Assembly (NCBI GenBank): GCA_030605615.1
Contig: JAUWHZ010000027.1
Span: 1-57,820, forward strand
Reading direction: 5' to 3'
Length of the DNA stretch: 57,820 nucleotides
Source of the DNA: Atribacterota bacterium
GTDB taxonomy: Bacteria; Atribacterota; Phoenicimicrobiia; Phoenicimicrobiales; Phoenicimicrobiaceae
This document shows, one piece after another, positions 38,674-46,963 of this stretch. The position numbers were made by a program, and so were the translations under genes. The notes beneath the pieces are model-generated. The model searched no databases. It saw only the letters and a program-made list of their open reading frames with translations, and had not been told where the DNA came from. Position 1 is the stretch's first letter. The number at the start of each line of letters is the position of its first letter.

Positions 38674-39527
38674 ATGAGATTAAAATAAATAGCTATTCTA
38701 AAATAAATTTAGCCTTAAATATTTTAGATAAACGTAAAGATGGATATCATGAAGTTGAGACTATAATACAATCGATTAACCTGGCAGATAAAGTAATTAT
38801 AACCGAAGAGAGGGAAGGGATTAAAATAAAATGCAATCACCCTCAAGTTCCGGTTGATAGTCAAAGCTTAGCCTATAAATCAGCCGAAAAGATGCTTAAG
38901 AAGTATGGAATAGAAAGAGGAGTTAAAATAGAAATTGATAAAAAAATACCTCTTGCTAGCGGTATGGCAGGTGGTTCGGCTAATTCTGCTACAATTTTAG
39001 TGGGGATAAATAAACTTTTTAGTTTAAATCTTAGTAATGAGGTTTTAAGGGAAATAGGAGAAGAGCTGGGGACGGATGTCCCTTTCTGTATACAAAATGG
39101 GACTGCCCTGGCTTACCAGAGAGGGGAAAAGATAACCCTTCTTCCTCCCATTAATCCCCCCTTATGGATTGTTGTAATAAATCCTGGTTTTAAAATTTCT
39201 ACTCAGTGGGCTTATAATAATCTTGATTTAGAGAAAGTTAAAGGAAGGAAAGATAATACTAAAGCTATGCTTACAGTGTTAAAAGAAGGAAAATCTCAGG
39301 AAATTGCGAAAAATCTATTTAATTCTTTTGAAGAGTTAGTTATTAAAAAATTTCCTGAAATTGAAAAAGTAAAAGATAGATTGATAAATGAGGGAGTATT
39401 AGGTGCACTTATGTCCGGTAGTGGACCTACAGTATTTGGCATTGCGCAGAATAAGAAAGAAGCTTTACAAATATATAAAAAATTAAAACCAGAATACAAA
39501 TTAATCTGGATAGTTCATAGTATTTAG
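38670..39527 (+). CDS. ispE: 4-diphosphocytidyl-2-C-methyl-D-erythritol kinase
   Basis: SKINL, DGYHE, IPLASGMAGGS, DVPF, MSGSGPTV. Confidence 0.95.
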   Translation: MNEIKINSYSKINLALNILDKRKDGYHEVETIIQSINLADKVIITEEREGIKIKCNHPQVPVDSQSLAYKSAEKMLKKYGIERGVKIEIDKKIPLASGMAGGSANSATILVGINKLFSLNLSNEVLREIGEELGTDVPFCIQNGTALAYQRGEKITLLPPINPPLWIVVINPGFKISTQWAYNNLDLEKVKGRKDNTKAMLTVLKEGKSQEIAKNLFNSFEELVIKKFPEIEKVKDRLINEGVLGALMSGSGPTVFGIAQNKKEALQIYKKLKPEYKLIWIVHSI

Positions 39528-39626
39528 TTAGCTGGTTAGACAGTCAATTTACTAATTCTCCAATTCACCAATTCACTAAGTAACCATCTAACCATGTGAC
39601 TAAGTAACTAATAAGAGAGGGAGATT

Positions 39627-40097
39627 ATGCGGGTAGGAATTGGATATGATGTACATCCTTTCGCTTCGGGAAAGAAATTAATTTTAGGGGGAGAAATCAT
39701 TCCCTATCAAAAGGGTTTAAGTGGCCATTCAGATGCCGATGTCTTAATTCATTCTGTGATAGATGCTTTATTGGGGGCAGCAGGAGAAGGAGATATTGGT
39801 CAACATTTTCCGGATAATGATGAGAGGTATAAAAATATTTCCAGTTTAAAGTTATTAAAAGATACTTACATACTCTTAAAAGATAAAAGGATAATCGTAA
39901 ATAATATTGATGTTTCGATAGTGCTGGAAGAACCTCGACTTTCACATTTTATTGTAAAAATGAAATACAATATCTCAAAAGTATTAAATATATCTACTGA
40001 AAAGATAAATATTAAAGCTACTACCAATGAAAAGATGGGTTTTATCGGCAGAAGAGAAGGCATTGCTTCTTATTGTGTGGTTAGTTTAACTGATTAA
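39627..40097 (+). CDS. ispF: 2-C-methyl-D-erythritol 2,4-cyclodiphosphate synthase
   Basis: GYDVH, GHSDADV, GDIGQHFP, KATTNE. Confidence 0.96.
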   Translation: MRVGIGYDVHPFASGKKLILGGEIIPYQKGLSGHSDADVLIHSVIDALLGAAGEGDIGQHFPDNDERYKNISSLKLLKDTYILLKDKRIIVNNIDVSIVLEEPRLSHFIVKMKYNISKVLNISTEKINIKATTNEKMGFIGRREGIASYCVVSLTD

Positions 40098-40117
40098 TAT
40101 TGAAAGGAGATTAGATA

Positions 40118-40486
40118 ATGAAGGAGAAAGAAGATAAAAAAGAAAAAGGAGACAAAAAAGTATCAAAAAATGTAGAAGTAGAAAATGAAGAAGTTAAGGA
40201 AGAGGAAAAGCAAAAAGAATCTCTTAAAGAACCTGATTTACCTACTCTTTTTGTTTGGTTTATAAGTATGTTAAGCGGAAAGGCCTGGGAATATTTAGGC
40301 CTTATAATGAACCCGGAGACAAAAAAGATAAATCAGGATTTAAAGAAAGCAAAAATTGCTATTGATGCTGTTGCCTTTTTATTTGATCAAATAAAAGACA
40401 CTCTAACTAAAGAAGATTTTAAGCGAATAGAAAATTTAGTGGCAAATTTAAGGATGAATTATGTGGAGAAATTGAAAGAATCGTAA
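40118..40486 (+). CDS. DUF1844 family protein
   Basis: AWEYLGLIMNP…DLKKAKIAID…LRMNYV. Confidence 0.8.
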   Translation: MKEKEDKKEKGDKKVSKNVEVENEEVKEEEKQKESLKEPDLPTLFVWFISMLSGKAWEYLGLIMNPETKKINQDLKKAKIAIDAVAFLFDQIKDTLTKEDFKRIENLVANLRMNYVEKLKES

Positions 40487-40537
40487 AATTAAGGAATATT
40501 ATTAACGAGAAGAAAGTGGGGAGAGGGTGCAAGAATA

Positions 40538-41461
40538 ATGGATAAATTTTATCATAAAAGCGGTCTTAGTTTATTAACACTGTTATTAATTTTAATTTTG
40601 GGTAGTGGAATAATTTACGCTCAGGATGCTCAAACCTATTATAAAAATGGGTATGAGTATTTTATCCAGGAAAATTACGAAAAGGCTGAGCAATATTATA
40701 AAAAAGCTATTGAGTTAAATCCTGATTTTGAAAAAGCTCATTATTGGCTGGGAAAAGTATATAAACAAACCGGAGCCTACAGTCAGGCAATAGAACAATG
40801 GAAAGAAGTTCTAAGAATTAACCCCGGAAATCAATATGCTTTTTGGAATTTAGTAGGCAGTTTTAAGAGTACTTCTCGGGTTCAATCAGATAAATCAGGA
40901 GATTATTTAGATGAAGGAATTAAAATAATTAGAAATCCTGAGGAATACCTTTACAAGGAAGATACCCCTTCTTTAGACCTCTTACTTAGTGCCATTCCTT
41001 ATTTTAAGAAAGCGATAAGCATAGATCCGAATTTAGTGGAGGCCTATTTTTGGGTAGGAGAAATTTACCAGGTTTTAGGAGATAAAAGTACCCGGCAATT
41101 TTATTCTTTAGCTATAGAAAGTTATAAAAAAGCAATAAATATTGAGGAAGTTAGAAATCCTATATCCTTTACTCACCCCTCACCGTATTGGCGTTCTTAT
41201 ATTCAGTTATCTAAAATGTACCATTCTTTAAGATTAAAAGATAAGGAAGAAAAATTATGGCTTGAATTAGAGAAGGTAAAATCACTCCCCTATCAACAGG
41301 CTTTAAACAGGAAAGGATATTTTGGTTTTGGTTATCCTTCTCGCATAGAAGTTAGTTTTGAAGAAGGAGATAAGGTAGAGAATTGGATTTATTCGGAGAA
41401 AAATATTACTTTTGTAGTAATTAATGGAGAGGTCCAAGGAGAAAAAGAGGAGGAATTGTAA
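40538..41461 (+). CDS. Secreted TPR protein
   Basis: Signal peptide; YKKAIELNPDFEKAHYWLG repeats. Confidence 0.8.
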   Translation: MDKFYHKSGLSLLTLLLILILGSGIIYAQDAQTYYKNGYEYFIQENYEKAEQYYKKAIELNPDFEKAHYWLGKVYKQTGAYSQAIEQWKEVLRINPGNQYAFWNLVGSFKSTSRVQSDKSGDYLDEGIKIIRNPEEYLYKEDTPSLDLLLSAIPYFKKAISIDPNLVEAYFWVGEIYQVLGDKSTRQFYSLAIESYKKAINIEEVRNPISFTHPSPYWRSYIQLSKMYHSLRLKDKEEKLWLELEKVKSLPYQQALNRKGYFGFGYPSRIEVSFEEGDKVENWIYSEKNITFVVINGEVQGEKEEEL

Positions 41462-42072
41462 TTCTTAAAGAAAAAGATACCATCAAACGTTTAGGAATAA
41501 TGGGAGGGGTATTTGACCCCGTACATTATGGGCATTTATTTACGGCTGAAGAAGCAAGGATTAAATTTAAATTAGATAAAGTAATATTTGTACCCTGCCG
41601 TCAGCCGACCCATAAACGAGAGAATAACATTTCTGATCCAGAACATCGGTATTTGATGACTATTTTAGCTACTGGCAATAACCCATTTTTTGAAGTATCT
41701 AAAATGGAACTTCGTCGACCAGGCCCTTCTTATTCTATCGATACAGTGAAAGAATTTATAAAGAAATATAATCATGGGATAAAAATATTTTTTATTACCG
41801 GAGCTGATGCCTTCTTAGAGATAGATTCTTGGTATAAAAGCGAGGAATTAATTAAGCTTTGTCGATTTGTAGCAGCTACTCGTCCGGGATATGATTTAAA
41901 TAAATTAGATCAAAAATTTAAAAAAGTTATCAAAATTATGGAGATTCCCGCCCTGGCTATATCTTCTACTGATATTAGAAAAAGGGTGAGAGAGAGAAAG
42001 GGCATCAAATATCTGGTTCCCTATAAAGTGGAAGAATATATCTACAAAAATGGATTATATCGTAAAATGTAA
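41461..42072 (+). CDS. nadD: Nicotinate-nucleotide adenylyltransferase (start uncertain; first ATG is 41500)
   Basis: KRLGIMGGVFDPVHYGHL, SYSIDT, ITGAD, ISSTDIR. Confidence 0.92.
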   Translation: MLKEKDTIKRLGIMGGVFDPVHYGHLFTAEEARIKFKLDKVIFVPCRQPTHKRENNISDPEHRYLMTILATGNNPFFEVSKMELRRPGPSYSIDTVKEFIKKYNHGIKIFFITGADAFLEIDSWYKSEELIKLCRFVAATRPGYDLNKLDQKFKKVIKIMEIPALAISSTDIRKRVRERKGIKYLVPYKVEEYIYKNGLYRKM

Positions 42073-42090
42073 CATTTTGTGCCTGGGTCC
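42064..42090. repeat. REP half-site (GTGCC family) overlapping the nadD stop
   Basis: aaaa-tgtaaca-tttt-gtgcc-t-gggtcc. Confidence 0.7.
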
Positions 42091-42111
42091 TCTTAAAATG
42101 AGAATCAGGAG

Positions 42112-42691
42112 ATGAGAATGGATATTGATTTAATAAAGGTAAGATTAAAAGAGATAATAAGTGAAGAGAGATTCGTACACTCGGTTAATGTTTCCCGGGT
42201 AGCTCGGGAGTTAGCTTTAAGATATGATTATAATGCGGATAATGCCGAAATAGCCGGGCTATTACATGATTGTGCCAAAGATTTAAATTATAAGACTTTG
42301 GAAAAAATGATTTTAGAATATAATATACAGACCGATGAAATTATTCAAAAAATCCCTAAACTATTACATCCTTTGGTAGGGGCAGCTATAGCGGAAAAGG
42401 AATTTAACATTCAAGACCCTGCTATTTTAAAAGCAATAAAAGCACACAGTGCCGGTGCAGCTCAGATGTCCCTTTTAGATAAGATAATTTATCTAAGTGA
42501 TAAGATTGAACCTTTTGAGGAATAATGAAGGGGTAGAGGAAGTAAGAAAAATGGTATGGAAAGATTTAAATAGAGCTGTATTAATGGTTCTGGATAAAGG
42601 ACTAATCTATCTAATCAGTAAAGGTTCATTAATTCATCCAATTTCTATTGAGGCTAGAAATAACATTTTAAGCAAGGTGGTTTTTGCTTAA
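42112..42691 (+). pseudogene. yqeK: YqeK HD-domain Ap4A hydrolase split by a frameshift at 42513-42516
   Basis: ERFVHS, LLHDCAK, LLHP, LSDKIEP then stop; the +1 frame continues LRNNEGVEEVRK…DLNRA…IHP…ARN. Confidence 0.85.
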
Positions 42692-43878
42692 TGTATGAAA
42701 ATAATTTATTAGAAGAGAAGACAGGAAGGAATAATGGAAGAAGATTAAAAAGGAAAAAAAATAAAAAAATAATCCTGATCATATCTTCTATTCTACTGTT
42801 ATCTATTCTAATTATATTCTTAAAATATTTAGGAATATTTCCTTTCAGTTCTAGTATATTGTCTTATAATCGAATAAATGTATTAATTGTGGGTTGTGAT
42901 GAAATTGAAAACCACGGACGTGCTGATACTATAGTGTTTTTAAGCATATCCCCTAAAACTAAAGATGCCCTCATATTATCTATCCCTCGGGATACCCGGG
43001 TTGAAATTCCGGGAAGAGGAATGGACAAGATAAATCATGCTTATGCCTTTGGAGGGGAAAAATTAATAAGTAAAACAGTCAGTTCATTTTTAGATATACC
43101 TCTTCATTTTTATGCTGTAATGGATTTTAAAGGATTTGTCAGTATAATTGATGAATTAGGTGGAGTAGAGATTGATATAGAAAAGGAGATGCATTATGTA
43201 GATAAAGCAGGTGGGGTGGATATAAACCTTTATCCAGGAAAGCAAATATTAAATGGTGAAAAAGCTTTACAATATATTAGATTCAGACATGATAGATTAG
43301 GTGATTTGGGCAGGATAAAGAGACAACAAAAATTAGCTATGGCTCTAATTAACAAGATGATGAAATTTGATTCTATTATAAAAATTCCTCAGCTGTTAGA
43401 AGGGATAAAGGGGTATATAGAGACTAATATAAAGGTTCAAGATGTAATCGCTATAGCTAATTTGTTTAAAAATGTAAATCGAGAGAAGTTTAAGCTTGAA
43501 ACCGTTCAGAGTAAGCCAGTTTATATTGAGGGGGTAAGTTATTTAGAACCGGATGTGGAAGAAGTGCAGCAAAGGGTTAAGTCACTAATTTATGGTAAAA
43601 ATAGTGGGGTAAAAGTAGAAGTTTTAAATGGGAATGCTATGTCGGGTATTGCTCATAGAATAGCCAAAGATTTAGAGTTACAGGGATTTGAGATAGTAAA
43701 TATTGATAATGCAGATAATTTTAATTATGAAAAAACTAAAATTATTATTTACTCAGATAAGATAAATTTAGATAATGAATTTAAACAGTTATTTAAAGAT
43801 TTTGAAATTGTTAAAGGATATCAAACACAGGATGGCCCAGATTTGGTAATAATATTAGGGAAAGATATGATTAATTAG
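42691..43878 (+). CDS. LCP (LytR-CpsA-Psr) protein with LytR_C domain
   Basis: GRADT, SIPRDT, KINHAYAFGG, RFRHD…DLGRIKRQQ, VEVLNG. Confidence 0.92.
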   Translation: MYENNLLEEKTGRNNGRRLKRKKNKKIILIISSILLLSILIIFLKYLGIFPFSSSILSYNRINVLIVGCDEIENHGRADTIVFLSISPKTKDALILSIPRDTRVEIPGRGMDKINHAYAFGGEKLISKTVSSFLDIPLHFYAVMDFKGFVSIIDELGGVEIDIEKEMHYVDKAGGVDINLYPGKQILNGEKALQYIRFRHDRLGDLGRIKRQQKLAMALINKMMKFDSIIKIPQLLEGIKGYIETNIKVQDVIAIANLFKNVNREKFKLETVQSKPVYIEGVSYLEPDVEEVQQRVKSLIYGKNSGVKVEVLNGNAMSGIAHRIAKDLELQGFEIVNIDNADNFNYEKTKIIIYSDKINLDNEFKQLFKDFEIVKGYQTQDGPDLVIILGKDMIN

Positions 43879-44060
43879 TATCTCGTATCTCGTGTGAATC
43901 GTATCTCGTAAAGAAGAAGTAGTACAGGCGCCTTGCCTGTCTATCAAACAACTAAATAAACTAAACGGCAAATCAGCTAACTAAATTGACCGGTAGAGTT
44001 AAATAAACTTGTATCTTGCATTTAATGCTAACGACTATTCACTATTGACTATCGACTAAT
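43879..44060. repeat. 7/8-mer mosaic with degenerate GTAG-REP (43919-43941)
   Basis: tcgtatc units; GTAG-tacaggcg-cct-tgcctgtc; ctaacga/ctattca/ctattga units. Confidence 0.8.
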
Positions 44061-44068
44061 TAAAAGAG

Positions 44069-44434
44069 GTGATGTTTTTGAAAAAAAATTCTTTAGCTAT
44101 TGCTAAAATGGCTGTAGCTGCCGCTGAAGATAAAAAAGCAAAAGATACAGTAATATTAAAACTAAGCAAATTAACTCTAATTGCAGATTATTTTGTAATC
44201 ACCAGTGGTGATTCAGAACCCCAATTAAAAGCAATAAATAATTTTATTATGAGGAAATTAAAAAAGAACAAAATTAGATTATTGCATTATGAAGGCAAAC
44301 CTGAGACAGGATGGATATTATTGGATTATGGTGATGTAATAGTTCATATATTTTCTAAAGAGAAAAGGGATTTTTACGACCTGGAATATATCTGGCAGGA
44401 AGCAAAGAAAATTCGCTTATTAAAAGGGAAGTAA
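44069..44434 (+). CDS. rsfS: Ribosome silencing factor
   Basis: DKKAKD, ADYFVI, WILLDYGDVIVHIF…RDFYDLE. Confidence 0.95.
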   Translation: MMFLKKNSLAIAKMAVAAAEDKKAKDTVILKLSKLTLIADYFVITSGDSEPQLKAINNFIMRKLKKNKIRLLHYEGKPETGWILLDYGDVIVHIFSKEKRDFYDLEYIWQEAKKIRLLKGK

Positions 44435-44454
44435 ATATTAAAGGAGGGAAAATA

Positions 44455-44829
44455 ATGAGTGCCAGTGAAGAGGGTAAGGGAAATTGGGTTTTCGGATTAA
44501 TAATATTAGCTGTTGGCATTATATTTATAGTAGAAAATTTCACTGATTTAGAAATATGGGGAAGAGTATGGAACCTATGGCCAGTAATTTTACTTATCTG
44601 GGGAATTAAAGAAATATGGCAAAATAAATCCATTTTTTTTGGAGTAATATTAATAGCAATAGGGACCATCTTTTTTGCTAAATATTTTTTCGATTTTGTG
44701 ATTTCAGAAAATATCTGGAAATTTTGGCCAATACTGATAATTGCCCTGGGAATCGATCAAATTTTTAAATCCTTTGGGGTGAGAAGAATTAAAGCCATGG
44801 AAAAAATAAAAGAAGAAGAGGAAATTTAG
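44455..44829 (+). CDS. Small membrane protein with duplicated LiaF/DUF5668-like TM unit
   Basis: Two copies of FG.ILI..G..F…W..WP.ILI..GI. Confidence 0.75.
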   Translation: MSASEEGKGNWVFGLIILAVGIIFIVENFTDLEIWGRVWNLWPVILLIWGIKEIWQNKSIFFGVILIAIGTIFFAKYFFDFVISENIWKFWPILIIALGIDQIFKSFGVRRIKAMEKIKEEEEI

Positions 44830-44843
44830 TTCTTTTATTTTTT

Positions 44844-45902
44844 CTACTTTCTATTTTCTAACCTTTTTATTTCCACTAAAAGTACTGTGGCTCCAATAGT
44901 CAAGTTTAGGTAAAAAATTGTAAATCTCCAGGCTCCAATAAAGAGACCCAAAAGATAATAAGGGACAAAGAATGAGAACAAAGAAGCAAAACCTATTTCT
45001 GCTGTTCCACTTCCACCTGGGGTGGGCATAAAAGGTAGAATAAAATAGAATATAACTTGCATTACCAATACATGAGAGAGATTAAAGTTTAAGTTAAATC
45101 CCCAAAGGAGCAAGGGTGCTATCAGGAAAAAAGTGCCCCAAAAGATAATGGTATAAAAGGTAGATAGTAATATTTTAATCCAATTTTCTTTTAATAGATA
45201 AAAGCTCTTGTGAAATTCTTTGATTTCCTGGATTACTTTATCGAATAAGTGCGACATTGTTTCTTTTTTAGAAAATTTTAAGATACAGGGCAAATGTTGA
45301 ATCTTAAAAATTATTCCTATCATCTTTTCTGGATATATTGCCGCCAGAATAAATAAAAAGAGAAAAAACAAGGAAATTAGTATAGCTGCATTGATAAGGA
45401 TTAAAGAAAGAATGGTGTAATTAGTAATTGTTCTTTTAAAGCTGAAAAAGATGATAGGGGTAAAAATAGTAAAAACTAAGGTCTTAAGCAGAGGAATGAC
45501 AGTGGCAACCATAGTAGCTTTACCTAAAGTCATTTTATTTTTTATGTTTTTATTAAATAGATATATTTGAGCGGGCAAGGTACCGGAGAAGAAAGGGGTT
45601 ATACCACCGGCAAAGTTACTAATATAGTACACTTTTAGGGCTTCAGTAAAAGTAATTTTTTCATTAACTGCCTCTACGGTCATTTTTATTCTGAGAGCAT
45701 TTACTGCTGCAGCAAATGCCATCAGAACAAAAGCTAAGAATAGGTATTTTTTGTTAATATAAGATAGACTTATCCAGGTATTCTGATTAGTAGTAACAAA
45801 GATGATGATTAAGGCAGTTATAATACCGATAACTATAGAAACAGCCAACCCTTTAAGAAATCTTTTTTTATCTAAAATTAATTCATTCAAAAAGTCATTC
45901 AC
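44844..45902 (-). CDS. Lysylphosphatidylglycerol synthase TM / flippase-like protein (UPF0104)
   Basis: ITPFFSG, PTPGGSGTAE, WRFTIFY. Confidence 0.85.
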   Translation of the reverse strand: MNDFLNELILDKKRFLKGLAVSIVIGIITALIIIFVTTNQNTWISLSYINKKYLFLAFVLMAFAAAVNALRIKMTVEAVNEKITFTEALKVYYISNFAGGITPFFSGTLPAQIYLFNKNIKNKMTLGKATMVATVIPLLKTLVFTIFTPIIFFSFKRTITNYTILSLILINAAILISLFFLFLFILAAIYPEKMIGIIFKIQHLPCILKFSKKETMSHLFDKVIQEIKEFHKSFYLLKENWIKILLSTFYTIIFWGTFFLIAPLLLWGFNLNFNLSHVLVMQVIFYFILPFMPTPGGSGTAEIGFASLFSFFVPYYLLGLFIGAWRFTIFYLNLTIGATVLLVEIKRLENRK

Positions 45903-46201
45903 TCCTTTTAGATAGTCGTTAGCATTAAATTCAGGTTTTTAGTTATTAGTTTACAGATTTTAGTTACAAACCTTAAAGTTGTGGGTTATCTAAAACTCGA
46001 AACTTGTAACTTGAGACCTGAAACTTACAAATTAGAGTATAACATACTTTTATTTTTATTTACAGGAAGGATATTTCCCATAAAAAGACAGTTATTAAAT
46101 ATAACCAAAACAATAAAGGTTGTAGTGCATTAGTTAGAACATAGAGAAGGAGATAGAACTATAGGTAAAAATTTTAATCTAGCGGAAAGGATAATTTATT
46201 A

Positions 46202-46882
46202 ATGATAGGGACTATAGTAAATGTGGTGGCAATTTTTTTAGGTTGTTCTGTGGGATTTATTTTGAAAAGTAGATTTCCCGAAAAAATTGAAAAAATTATT
46301 ATGCAGGCCCTGGGATTGGCTTCTTTATTAATTGGGATGCAGATGGCCATTAAAACAAATAATATATTATTGGTGATATTCTCTCTGGTAATAGGTGGGG
46401 TGATTGGGGAGATAATAGGCATTGAAGAAGGTCTGGAAAGATTTGGAGAAAGAATTAAGCGAAAGTTCAAAAGTAATAATACTTCGGAAAGATTTGTAGA
46501 AGGATTTCTTACCGCCAGTTTATTATATTGTGTAGGCTCAATGGCCATAATGGGTGCTATTAAGGAAGGTCTAAGCGGTAATCCGGATATACTTTATGCT
46601 AAATCATTGTTAGATGGAGTAACCTCTATTGCTTTTACCGCAGCTATGGGCATAGGGGTATTATTTTCGGCTATTCCGGTATTTTTATATCAGGGAGGGA
46701 TCACCTTGTTAGCTCGCTCCATAAAAGATTTCCTCTCTCCTGAAATAATAAATGAGATGACTGCGGTGGGGGGAATTTTAATATTAGGTATAGGTTTTGG
46801 ATTATTAGAGATAAAAAAGATTAAGGTAGGGAATCTATTACCCGCTATTCTGGTTGCCGCCCTTTTAGCAGCAATTTTTTAG
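46202..46882 (+). CDS. DUF554 membrane protein
   Basis: MIGTIVN, GFLTASLLYCVGSMAI, KSLLDG, KVGNLLPA. Confidence 0.9.
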   Translation: MIGTIVNVVAIFLGCSVGFILKSRFPEKIEKIIMQALGLASLLIGMQMAIKTNNILLVIFSLVIGGVIGEIIGIEEGLERFGERIKRKFKSNNTSERFVEGFLTASLLYCVGSMAIMGAIKEGLSGNPDILYAKSLLDGVTSIAFTAAMGIGVLFSAIPVFLYQGGITLLARSIKDFLSPEIINEMTAVGGILILGIGFGLLEIKKIKVGNLLPAILVAALLAAIF

Positions 46883-46963
46883 CTAATGAGTCGAGGTGGT
46901 AATTATTGTCCCTATTAACCTTTCTAAACCGAGGAAAAGGGAAGATAGAAAGGATGTGGATAA

